Shown here one piece after another: positions 8,884-16,000 of a stretch of DNA of 16,000 nucleotides. The DNA lies in contig NC_012691.1 of NCBI RefSeq assembly GCF_000023065.1, forward strand, positions 2,846,594-2,862,593. The letters are read 5' to 3'. The first letter of the stretch is position 1; each line of letters starts with the position of its first letter. A program made the position numbers and the translations under genes. The notes beneath the pieces are model-generated. The model ran no database searches. It was given only the letters and a program-made list of their open reading frames with translations, and was not told the origin of the DNA. This DNA comes from Tolumonas auensis DSM 9187 (GTDB lineage: Bacteria > Pseudomonadota > Gammaproteobacteria > Enterobacterales > Aeromonadaceae).

Positions 8884-9556
8884 TTGCAGAGTCTAACTCC
8901 TGACGCATACGAGCAATAACAGCAGCATAATCAGGTTGATCAAAAATTGCAGAACCGGCGACGAACATATCTGCGCCTGCGTCTGCGATCTGACGGATAT
9001 TATCTGTTTTCACGCCACCATCAACTTCCAGACGGATATCACGTCCGCTTTGCTGAATACGCTGACGAACCTGACGTAATTTATCCAATGTAGCCGGAAT
9101 AAAGCTCTGACCACCGAAACCCGGGTTAACTGACATCAACAAAATAATATCCAGTTTATCCATTACATGATCTAAATAATGTAATGATGTCGCCGGATTC
9201 AGTACCAAACCAGCCTGACAGCCATGTTCCTTAATCAGCTGCAAAGTCCGATCCGGATGTTCTGATGCTTCCGGGTGGAATGTGATGATCGAAGCGCCCG
9301 CTTTGGCAAAATCAGGGATAATCCGATCAACAGGCTTCACCATCAAATGTACATCAATCGGTGCAGTGATACCGTAATCACGCAGCGCTTTACATACCAT
9401 CGGGCCAATTGTCAGATTCGGGACATAATGGTTATCCATTACATCAAAATGAACGACGTCAGCACCCGCTGCTAATACATTGGCAACATCTTCGCCTAAA
9501 CGGGCAAAATCGGCGGAAAGAATTGAAGGAGCAATCAGATACGGTTTCATATTCAT
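8876..9556 (-). CDS. rpe: Ribulose-phosphate 3-epimerase
   Basis: 226 aa, near-colinear with E. coli Rpe ([50 protein letters not shown]). It overlaps the gph start by 8 nt (ATGTCTGA). The start may be 9556 or 9550. Confidence 0.95.
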   Translation of the reverse strand: MNMKPYLIAPSILSADFARLGEDVANVLAAGADVVHFDVMDNHYVPNLTIGPMVCKALRDYGITAPIDVHLMVKPVDRIIPDFAKAGASIITFHPEASEHPDRTLQLIKEHGCQAGLVLNPATSLHYLDHVMDKLDIILLMSVNPGFGGQSFIPATLDKLRQVRQRIQQSGRDIRLEVDGGVKTDNIRQIADAGADMFVAGSAIFDQPDYAAVIARMRQELDSANV

Positions 9557-9568
9557 CAGTCTTTAAGG

Positions 9569-10408
9569 TTATCCAGCCTTTCTGGCCAGTCGGTGTGGTT
9601 CATAACGGGCAATTAATTCAGCAACCCGCTGACGGGAATGCCCTGCACGGCTAATGGTTCGTTTTACCTGAAGTTCATGCAATGAGGCATGCTTATACAA
9701 ATCATAAGTTAAATCAGTAGCATGGTTACTAATCAATACCGGGATGCGTTTCTCCGACGCAGCCTGCCAGGCTAATTCCGCGAGATGACGCTGTTCATTC
9801 TCACTGAAACCTTTGGCAGCATAGCTGGTAAAACTGGCACTCGCGGATAAAGGCACATACGGCGGATCACAATAAACCACATGATCCTGTTCCAGCATGG
9901 CAAATGTTTCCATAAAAGACTGGCACACGAAGGTCGCTTTCTGAGCCTTTTCAGCAAAAAACCACAATTCCTTTTCCGGGAAATAGGGTTTTTTATAACG
10001 CCCGAAAGGCACATTAAAGCCACCTTTCCGGTTGTAACGGCATAATCCGTTGTAACCGTGCCGGTTCAGATACAGGAATAACGCAGACCGCCATTCCGTG
10101 TCTGTTGTCTGATTAAATTCATCCCGCAACTGAAAATAACGTTCGCGTTGATTGTTTTGTTCACAGAACAGGCTGTTAGCAATACGAATAAATGTATCCG
10201 GTTCAGACTTCAGTAAATTATATAACGCTATCAAATCAGGATTAATATCCGCGAGAAGATAGGCATCATAGTCAGTATTCAGAAATACAGAACCCGCACC
10301 GACAAAAGGTTCAACCAGCACCTTACCTGTTGGTAAATATTGTGTGATCGATTCAATCAGGCTGTATTTTCCACCAGCCCATTTTAAAAATGCCCGCTGT
10401 TTCTTCAT
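9569..10408 (-). CDS. dam: DNA adenine methyltransferase (GATC-specific)
   Basis: From Met7 of the listed ORF, MKKQRAFLKWAGGKYSLIE matches the E. coli Dam N-terminus MKKNRAFLKWAGGKY. The SAM motif (EPFVGAGSVF) and the catalytic DPPY are present. The start was set at 10408 by homology. Confidence 0.9.
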   Translation of the reverse strand: MKKQRAFLKWAGGKYSLIESITQYLPTGKVLVEPFVGAGSVFLNTDYDAYLLADINPDLIALYNLLKSEPDTFIRIANSLFCEQNNQRERYFQLRDEFNQTTDTEWRSALFLYLNRHGYNGLCRYNRKGGFNVPFGRYKKPYFPEKELWFFAEKAQKATFVCQSFMETFAMLEQDHVVYCDPPYVPLSASASFTSYAAKGFSENEQRHLAELAWQAASEKRIPVLISNHATDLTYDLYKHASLHELQVKRTISRAGHSRQRVAELIARYEPHRLARKAG

Positions 10409-10504
10409 GACACAGCATTGCTCCATTCAGAAACATGCTGTGCCCGTATAAAACTAAAGCAGAATAGGGTGTTATATCTTTGCGTCATTCAGCTTCTGCT
10501 CTGC

Positions 10505-12061
10505 TTATTTACCCTGCTCTTTATGGATCTGAGCATAGGACTTCGGCCATGGTTTCGTACTTTTCAATGCCACTGGCAATCCGGCTACAGCGGCTTTAGC
10601 TGCTGCGGATGAATTGTATTCCCCATAGATAAGAACATACATGCCATTGGATTGATTTTTGTATATTTTTGTCTTTGCCTGTAAACCGCTACTGGCTGCC
10701 AGTGTTTTGAGTGCAGTCGGGTTACCACTGGCTGCAAGTTGCAATGCATAGCCATCAGTTACCGGAGCTGCCGCGACACTACTCTTGGATACAGTCGTCT
10801 TCCTGACTACTGGCGTTTTGGTTTTAACAATTTTACGTTCAACAGTCGCTTTCGGTTTATGCTGTACTGCTTTTTTTTCCGGAATCACTTTTTTACTCAC
10901 GGATTTGGCGGGCGCCGGAGATGGACTTTTAATTTCATCAACTATCGGTTTCAGCTGATCCGGCGATGTCACTGTAGCTGATGATTGTACTGGTTCATCA
11001 ACAACAACCGCACCGGTTACTGGTTGATTAGCTGCCATCTGCTGTACGGCCTGGTCACTAATCACTACACGGCGCTTATTGCTATCATCTTCCGCCTGAG
11101 CAGCATCAATGCCCGTGGTGGCAGCGCCAGAAACAATACCTTCTTGTGCCACAACAGCCGGTAATGCATCAGTTGCAGGGACAACACCATCAGGAGCCGT
11201 TGCTGCCGAAGTACTGGGAGCCAGCGCTACCGCCTGACGTTCCGGTTGAGCTAAAGACTCTGCTGACGATTCGTTGTCTGATGAGGAAGGAACAAGCCAG
11301 CTTAGCAATAAAACAACACCAGCTAGAACAGCGACCGCAGCTACTATTTTATTAACCGGTAAATCATTTTTTCCGAATGAAGATAATGATTTTTTATCCA
11401 TACAAGCCTCCGCAATTGCAACTACCTCACCAGGCTTACCCTGACAATGAGCCAGGCGAGCCAGGGCTTGTTCACCCTGAGCTGCGGAGACATCTCCGTC
11501 CTGCAGGCAGTTCACCAACAGTTTTTTTTGTTCCTTGAGAGTCAGCGGTTCGACTTCAATCTTCAGTGCCTTCTGATCTCTGCCTTCCAGATGTTGCGCC
11601 AGAAGTTCAGAAAATTCACGGGTTCCGATCAGTAATACACTAATTTTGTGGGATGGATACAATTCATCGGCATAATTAAGCCATTGCCATAGCTCAAATA
11701 ACCATTCCGGGCTAAGACTATCTGCATCATCAATGACCAGTAATCGGGGAACAGACAGATCAGGAATGAGTCTGATTAATGTTTTATACAACGGTTCGCC
11801 GGGATCAAACACAGCGCCCGGAACCAGTTGTAAGACAATATGTTCCCTGATACGGGACAGATCCATCTCCGGATGCAACACGACATAGCTGATGTGAGAA
11901 TCAGCATCCAGTTCATTCATCAAAAGCTGGCCAACCGAAGTCCGTCCGGAACCTTCCTGACCAGATAAAAAGATAAATGAAGAAGAAAACCCAATCAGTT
12001 GTCTTAACCGTGACACTAATTGGGTTTGAGTTGGCAGTAATAAATATTCGATTGATGTCAC
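10505..12061 (-). CDS. damX-position protein: N-terminal P-loop NTPase-like domain, one TM helix, a low-complexity linker and a C-terminal SPOR domain
   Basis: 518 aa with a GTG start 2 nt after the aroB stop. Residues 34-41 are GQEGSGRT, Walker A-like with Arg40 where Lys is expected (codon CGG at 11944-11942). LLVIDD (107-112) is Walker B-like. A TM helix spans about residues 238-257 (IVAAVAVLAGVVLLLSWLV), followed by an Ala/Pro/Ser/Val/Lys-rich linker. The last 80 or so residues (GYALQLAASGNPTALKTLA...MYVLIYGEYNSSAAAKAAVAGLP...KPWPKSYAQI) resemble the DamX SPOR domain. Confidence 0.8.
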   Translation of the reverse strand: MTSIEYLLLPTQTQLVSRLRQLIGFSSSFIFLSGQEGSGRTSVGQLLMNELDADSHISYVVLHPEMDLSRIREHIVLQLVPGAVFDPGEPLYKTLIRLIPDLSVPRLLVIDDADSLSPEWLFELWQWLNYADELYPSHKISVLLIGTREFSELLAQHLEGRDQKALKIEVEPLTLKEQKKLLVNCLQDGDVSAAQGEQALARLAHCQGKPGEVVAIAEACMDKKSLSSFGKNDLPVNKIVAAVAVLAGVVLLLSWLVPSSSDNESSAESLAQPERQAVALAPSTSAATAPDGVVPATDALPAVVAQEGIVSGAATTGIDAAQAEDDSNKRRVVISDQAVQQMAANQPVTGAVVVDEPVQSSATVTSPDQLKPIVDEIKSPSPAPAKSVSKKVIPEKKAVQHKPKATVERKIVKTKTPVVRKTTVSKSSVAAAPVTDGYALQLAASGNPTALKTLAASSGLQAKTKIYKNQSNGMYVLIYGEYNSSAAAKAAVAGLPVALKSTKPWPKSYAQIHKEQGK

Positions 12062-12063
12062 AT

Positions 12064-13152
12064 TCAGTGTGTCGCATCAATAACTGCGCGAAGCACGGTC
12101 TGCTCCACGTCAGTAAACAAATCCGCACGACCGATAGCCTGAGGCAATACCAGTCGCAGTTTTCCGGCTTTCGCTTTTTTATCGCGCAACATATGGTGAA
12201 TATAATCATCATATGTCATATCAGCAGGAGCAGTAACAGGCAGATTTGCTGCCTTTAGTAAGGCTTTAATCCGGGAAACATCCGTATCAGACAATAAGCC
12301 TAACCGCAGTGATGTTTCTGCAGCCTGTACGGTGCCGGCAGCAACAGCCTCACCGTGTAACCACTTGCCATAACCCTGCTCAGCTTCGATCGCATGACCA
12401 AATGTATGACCCAGATTAAGCAACGCTCTTACGCCGTTCTCAGTTTCATCCTGCGCGACAACATCCGCTTTGATAGCACAGCAGCGAAGAATGATTTTAG
12501 ATAATGCATCCGGCGACAAAGACTGAATATCAGAGATATGCTGTTCCAGCCAACTGAAGAAATCAGCATCCCAGATGATGCCATATTTGATGACTTCAGC
12601 CATACCGGCTGCCAGTTCACGGGATGGCAACGTGCGCAGGCAATCAATATCGATGATGACAGCTTTCGGCTGATAAAAAGCACCGATCATATTCTTACCA
12701 AGAGGATGGTTAACTGCGGTCTTTCCACCAACAGATGAATCAACCTGAGATAACAAAGTTGTCGGTACCTGAATAAAAGGCACTCCACGCTGGTAACAGG
12801 CAGCAGCAAAGCCAACAAGATCACCGATCACGCCACCACCCAGTGCAATCAGGGTAGTATCACGACCATGCGTTCCTTTCAGCAGCGCAGACATAATTAC
12901 CTCAAATGAAGCGAGTGTTTTATGCGCTTCACCATCGGGCAAAATCAATGTATCAATCTGATAGCCAGCCAGCGTCTTACGGAGTACATCCAGATATAAT
13001 GGAGCAACTGTATCGTTGGTCACAATCATGACCCGCTGCCCTGCAATATGCGGTGCAAACAGTGCTGAAGATGTCAGTAGCCCGGCTCCAACATATATAG
13101 GATAACTACGTTCGGCCAAATTAACTGTCAACGTCTCCACTACAGCCTCCAT
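12064..13152 (-). CDS. aroB: 3-dehydroquinate synthase
   Basis: 362 aa, colinear with E. coli AroB ([52 protein letters not shown]). Confidence 0.95.
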   Translation of the reverse strand: MEAVVETLTVNLAERSYPIYVGAGLLTSSALFAPHIAGQRVMIVTNDTVAPLYLDVLRKTLAGYQIDTLILPDGEAHKTLASFEVIMSALLKGTHGRDTTLIALGGGVIGDLVGFAAACYQRGVPFIQVPTTLLSQVDSSVGGKTAVNHPLGKNMIGAFYQPKAVIIDIDCLRTLPSRELAAGMAEVIKYGIIWDADFFSWLEQHISDIQSLSPDALSKIILRCCAIKADVVAQDETENGVRALLNLGHTFGHAIEAEQGYGKWLHGEAVAAGTVQAAETSLRLGLLSDTDVSRIKALLKAANLPVTAPADMTYDDYIHHMLRDKKAKAGKLRLVLPQAIGRADLFTDVEQTVLRAVIDATH

Positions 13153-13165
13153 CTATATCGTTTAA

Positions 13166-13684
13166 TTACAGTCCTAACAGTTCAACAATCTGCGTTGCAA
13201 CTTGTTTGGCCGTCAATTCATCAGTTCGAACCACATAATCTGCAATTTCGCGATACAGCGGTTCGCGCTCGTCAGCCAGACGAGTCAGCACCTCGCGAGG
13301 AGGTTCTTCAGTGCGCAGCAGTGGACGACGCTTATCGCGTTGAGTTCTGGCAAGTTGTTTTTCAATCGGTGTTTCCAGATAAACAACAATGCCCCGCGCT
13401 GATAAGCGGTTTCTGGTCAAAGGACTCTTGATTGCACCACCACCGGTCGCAAGAACAATACCTTGCAATTCGCTCAGGTCACTAATTACCTGCTCTTCCC
13501 GTTTGCGGAAACCCTCTTCACCTTCGACATCAAAAACCCACGCGATATCTGCGCCGGTGCGACGTTCTATCTCCTGATCCGAGTCATAGAGATCCATATG
13601 CAACGTTTCCGACAAATACTTGCCGATGGTGCTTTTACCTGCCCCCATAGGGCCAATCAGAAAAATATTGCGTTTTTCAGCCAT
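13166..13684 (-). CDS. aroK: Shikimate kinase I
   Basis: 172 aa starting [21 protein letters not shown] (Walker A), with DSDQEIE and GGGA motifs. It is nearly colinear with E. coli AroK. Confidence 0.95.
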   Translation of the reverse strand: MAEKRNIFLIGPMGAGKSTIGKYLSETLHMDLYDSDQEIERRTGADIAWVFDVEGEEGFRKREEQVISDLSELQGIVLATGGGAIKSPLTRNRLSARGIVVYLETPIEKQLARTQRDKRRPLLRTEEPPREVLTRLADEREPLYREIADYVVRTDELTAKQVATQIVELLGL

Positions 13685-13717
13685 TTTGTCTGTCTATTTT
13701 TTCAAAAATAACGAATG

Positions 13718-13735
13718 CCCGTTATATATAACGGG
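13718..13735. repeat. Perfect 18-bp palindrome upstream of aroK
   Basis: CCCGTTATA|TATAACGGG reads identically on both strands, 34 nt upstream of the aroK ATG. Its function is unknown; it could be an operator or a transcript hairpin. Confidence 0.6.
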
Positions 13736-13984
13736 AACCTAGAGAACAGTACCTTACGTTAGAAACTGGACGGGGAATTATGCAGTACCCCCCGCTTTAT
13801 AGCAACTGAACTACAGGGGATAGCATGATGTTCAAGTTGCATTTTACTTGAATAAATAGAAAACCGTTAACATTTACTACTCGAACACCAGGAAACGGGT
13901 GGAATAAATGTGCACAATCATGAATCATTTTACCCAAATAAAACATATTTATGCACATTGCATCATCCTGCTCAGTATGACTTC

Positions 13985-14013
13985 TTGACTTTTACGCTCT
14001 GATACAGAACTAT
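13985..14013 (+). promoter_or_regulatory. Putative promoter for the dapA leader
   Basis: -35 TTGACT (13985-13990), a 17-bp spacer and -10 AACTAT (14008-14013). This is the only decent plus-strand promoter match I see upstream of dapA. Motif match only. Confidence 0.3.
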
Positions 14014-14119
14014 GTTCTTAATTATTGTCATTCTGATGATCAGCATCATGAGCAAATGGTTTATCGTTCGAAAACCTTATAAACGTGCCTCAAAACCGGG
14101 TGCGTACGTTTTCGCGTAA
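14012..14119 (+). CDS. Hypothetical small hydrophobic peptide or leader ORF (35 aa; 27 or 23 aa from the internal ATGs)
   Basis: The ORF reads MFLIIVILMISIMSKWFIVRKPYKRASKPGAYVFA*. No SD precedes any of the three in-frame ATGs (14012, 14036, 14048). The first ATG overlaps the proposed -10 and may not be transcribed. The stop TAA (14117-14119) lies inside a segment that can pair with the downstream terminator. Coding status is doubtful. Confidence 0.2.
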   Translation: MFLIIVILMISIMSKWFIVRKPYKRASKPGAYVFA

Positions 14120-14144
14120 CCAGCTTGTCGATACCCAGTTTATA

Positions 14145-14179
14145 AACCCCGGTTACGCCATAGCGGATCGGGGTTTTTT
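14145..14179 (+). terminator. Intrinsic terminator or attenuator immediately upstream of the dapA RBS
   Basis: CCCCGGTT-A-CGC (14147-14158) pairs with GCGGATCGGGG (14163-14173) around the loop CATA, with one bulged A and two G-U pairs. T6 follows at 14174-14179. The hairpin ends 19 nt before the AGGAG SD and 29 nt before the dapA ATG. Confidence 0.7.
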
Positions 14180-14208
14180 GTTGAGATTAAAGATCAAAAG
14201 GAGTTTGT

Positions 14209-15081
14209 ATGATCCACGGTTCTATTGTGGCCTTGATCACCCCGTTCCGGGATGGTCAGCTGGATGAAACAGCATTACGTCAGATGGTTGACTGGCATAT
14301 TGAACAAGGCACTCATGGGATTGTACCTGTCGGTACTACAGGTGAAAGTCCTACCGTTACCCATGATGAACACTGCCGTATCATTGAAATCGTGGTACAG
14401 CAAGCGGCAGGACGTGTACCTGTTATTGCCGGGGCAGGCTCCAACAACCCGATCGAAGCAATCGAATATTCCAAGGTAGCTGAACGTGCAGGTGCCGATG
14501 CAACTTTACATGTTGCCGGTTATTATAACCGTCCTAATCAGGAAGGTTTATATCAGCATTTCAAGCTGTTGCATGATCAAACCGCTATTCCTGTTATTCT
14601 GTATAACATTCCGGCGCGGGCAATTGTAGATATTCAGCCTGCCACCATGGCACGACTGGCTGAATTACCACGTATTATCGGCGTAAAAGATGCGACCGGT
14701 GATCTGGCCCGCCCATGGGCTGAACGTCAGTTAATCAAGAAACCATTTATCTGGTTATCCGGTGAAGACGCGACCGCTGTTGCCTATAACGTTAGTGGCG
14801 GTACCGGCTGTATTTCTGTTACAGCGAACGTAGCACCAAAACTGGTTGCTGAAGTACAAAATCTGACCGCAGCCGGTAAGTGGGAAGAAGCGAGAGACTT
14901 ACAGGATAAATTGATTCCTCTGCACCAGGTCATGTTTGCCGAACCTAGTCCGGCAGGTGCAAAATATGCAGCATCATTGTTAGGTCTATGTACCGAAGAA
15001 TGCCGTCTGCCGATCATGCCTCTCAGCGATGCCACCAAACAGCGTATTCGCCAGGTCATGGAACAACTAGAGCTTATTTAA
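14209..15081 (+). CDS. dapA: 4-hydroxy-tetrahydrodipicolinate synthase (DHDPS family)
   Basis: 290 aa with an AGGAG SD 5 nt upstream. Family signatures are present: GTTGES, YYNRP, LYNIPAR (Tyr and Arg equivalent to E. coli Y133 and R138) and the Schiff-base Lys in GVKDATG. Residues equivalent to the E. coli lysine-allosteric site (H53, H56, N80, E84, Y106) are also conserved. It could be a paralogue, since other aldolases share this fold. Confidence 0.8.
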   Translation: MIHGSIVALITPFRDGQLDETALRQMVDWHIEQGTHGIVPVGTTGESPTVTHDEHCRIIEIVVQQAAGRVPVIAGAGSNNPIEAIEYSKVAERAGADATLHVAGYYNRPNQEGLYQHFKLLHDQTAIPVILYNIPARAIVDIQPATMARLAELPRIIGVKDATGDLARPWAERQLIKKPFIWLSGEDATAVAYNVSGGTGCISVTANVAPKLVAEVQNLTAAGKWEEARDLQDKLIPLHQVMFAEPSPAGAKYAASLLGLCTEECRLPIMPLSDATKQRIRQVMEQLELI

Positions 15082-15100
15082 TCACCAAGGGAATTTAGTC

Positions 15101-15730
15101 ATGCAAATCGAAGATTTACTGGAAAAATATGATGGGTTTGTTTTCGATCTGGATGGCACCCTGGTAGATTCAATGCCGCTGCATCTTGCTGGCTGGGAGC
15201 ATGCAGCGGCTGTATATGGTTTTCATTATGATGCCACATGGTTTTATAACTTAGGCGGAGTTCCAAGCCGAAAAATTGCCAAACTGGTGGCTGAAACACA
15301 AAATCTTGATCTTGATTTAGATGCTGTCACTAAAGTTAAATCTGATTATTATCAACAAGTTATATCAAAAGCAACCGTATTTCCAGCGATGAAAGAATTG
15401 GTGACTAACCTGTTTCATCATCGGCCTTTAGCCATTGGCACCGGCTCAATGCGGGTCAATACAGAGATCGTGCTGGCCAATAACGGATTACGCTCCTACT
15501 TTCAGGTGCTCACAACGTCCGATGATGTTGTTCATCATAAGCCTAATCCTGATACCTTTTTGTTATCAGCAGCCAAAATCAACGTCAAACCATCCCGCTG
15601 TCTGGTATTTGAAGATACTGAGATTGGTCTTCAGGCTGCACAAGAGGGGAAGATGGATTGTGTACTGATCCGGGAAGGAAAGCCTGACTGGAATACGTTT
15701 ACACGCTTTAACGCTGATAGTTCTTGCTAA
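15101..15730 (+). CDS. yqaB: HAD-superfamily sugar-phosphate phosphatase, YqaB-like (beta-phosphoglucomutase subfamily)
   Basis: 209 aa with motif I (FVFDLDGTLVDS). HHKPNPDTFLLSAAKINVKPSRCLVFEDTEIGLQAAQEGKMDCVLIR resembles E. coli Yqa[48 protein letters not shown]. It starts 19 nt after dapA, so the two are probably co-transcribed. Confidence 0.7.
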   Translation: MQIEDLLEKYDGFVFDLDGTLVDSMPLHLAGWEHAAAVYGFHYDATWFYNLGGVPSRKIAKLVAETQNLDLDLDAVTKVKSDYYQQVISKATVFPAMKELVTNLFHHRPLAIGTGSMRVNTEIVLANNGLRSYFQVLTTSDDVVHHKPNPDTFLLSAAKINVKPSRCLVFEDTEIGLQAAQEGKMDCVLIREGKPDWNTFTRFNADSSC

Positions 15731-15808
15731 TCTGCCAATAAGACCCGAGTCAGTACTTTATTAGGGATGCCTCAAAGTTAATGCGGCACCCCTGATAGAA
15801 GCTTATAC

Positions 15809-16000
15809 CTAGTCAGTATTTCCGCCTGAAGATGATCCCGGATTTTCCGGATTTTCATTCTGGTAACGCGGAGGACGTCTGCGCTGAAAAGTATTGCTGC
15901 TTACCCGGTTGCCCAGTGGCGCAATTGTCGAAATCTTGGCTTTATAGATCATTTGCTGGTTATTATGTGCATCAGTCAGCAGCACGCTGTATTGATCGAA
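15809..16000 (-). CDS. C-terminal 63 codons of an unidentified protein; the gene continues beyond the right edge
   Basis: An open frame runs from the window edge to TAG (15811-15809): ...FDQYSVLLTDAHNNQQMIYKAKISTIAPLGNRVSSNTFQRRRPPRYQNENPENPGSSSGGNTD*. It is convergent with yqaB. I do not recognise a family, and it is absent from the ORF track because it is truncated. Confidence 0.4.
   Translation of the reverse strand, partial: FDQYSVLLTDAHNNQQMIYKAKISTIAPLGNRVSSNTFQRRRPPRYQNENPENPGSSSGGNTD

Noticed and set aside
808-13711. Numerous 60-130-aa ORFs in the track lie antisense to, or out of frame within, larger genes. Examples: 808-1041, 1472-1684, 1842-2134, 2247-2492, 3301-3642, 3681-4425, 4993-5208, 7138-7585, 7965-8351, 8526-8858, 9275-9654, 9772-10023, 10418-10612, 10739-10981, 11146-11635, 11913-12258, 12429-12738, 13195-13711. 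Two more sit in dapA (14252-14479, 14784-15059) and two in or beside yqaB (15099-15299, 15435-15668).
   Set aside because: All are embedded in genes with strong homology-based support. They have no SD or family resemblance and show the biased composition typical of shadow ORFs.
14020-14180. The possibility that the dapA leader is a lysine (L-box) riboswitch.
   Set aside because: I could not find the conserved L-box elements (for example the 5' AGAGGNGC-type helix junction sequences) or a five-helix layout by eye. The leader of about 160 nt is also on the short side. It needs cmsearch to exclude formally.
14166-14214. Three GATC (Dam) sites within 49 bp: in the terminator stem (14166-14169), next to the SD (14192-14195) and overlapping the dapA start codon (14211-14214).
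   Set aside because: This is a small-number observation that could easily arise by chance. No regulator-binding motif overlapping the sites was recognised, and proximity to dam (4 kb away) is not evidence of a link.
14085-14267. A 60-aa plus-strand ORF spanning the terminator and the dapA start.
   Set aside because: It has a non-ATG start and no SD. It runs through the terminator hairpin and overlaps dapA out of frame. The dapA frame has a strong SD and family motifs.
15740-15808. An imperfect hairpin (GGGATGCC...GGCACCCC) between yqaB and the convergent partial gene, as a possible terminator.
   Set aside because: The stem has a mismatch, the loop is 13 nt and there is no U-tract on either strand. 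That is not enough to call.
1-16000. A search by eye for CRISPR repeats, IS or transposase ends, integrases, tRNA or rRNA genes, toxin-antitoxin pairs and defence-system signatures.
   Set aside because: No regularly spaced direct repeats, terminal inverted repeats with transposase ORFs, cloverleaf-like sequences or unexplained large ORFs were seen. Every ORF over 150 aa is accounted for by a housekeeping family, apart from the lipoprotein.

Overview
This window looks like chromosomal DNA from a non-enteric gammaproteobacterium, about 45-48% GC by eye, and is dominated by conserved housekeeping genes. Nearly all are on the minus strand. In plus-strand coordinate order they are: prfC (5' part), a YitT-like membrane protein, rlmB, rnr, oxyR, cybC (cytochrome b562, plus strand, divergent from oxyR), an orphan lipoprotein, a small Hha/Cnu-like protein in an AT-rich patch, then trpS, gph, rpe, dam, a damX-position gene, aroB and aroK. 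In transcription order that last block is the classic operon aroK-aroB-damX-dam-rpe-gph-trpS. After a 524-bp non-coding gap come a plus-strand dapA and a yqaB-like HAD phosphatase, then the 3' end of a convergent unidentified gene. I saw no rRNA, tRNA, CRISPR array, IS element, integrase or obvious defence or secretion island. All protein calls rest on my recollection of family sequences and motifs; no searches were run. I found no clear novel multi-gene system. The points worth a second look are small and mostly non-coding: (1) a 15/19 Fur box over a promoter that runs about 90 nt to a strong orphan terminator, a candidate Fur-repressed sRNA with a CUCCUCC loop; (2) a roughly 160-nt leader with terminator and antiterminator alternatives, and a small hydrophobic ORF, abutting the dapA ribosome-binding site; (3) a damX-position protein carrying an ExeA-like P-loop domain (Walker A Lys replaced by Arg) fused through a TM helix to a SPOR domain; (4) a synteny break upstream of aroK; (5) an AT-rich insert with the Hha-like gene and the lipoprotein; (6) an OxyR box between oxyR and cybC.
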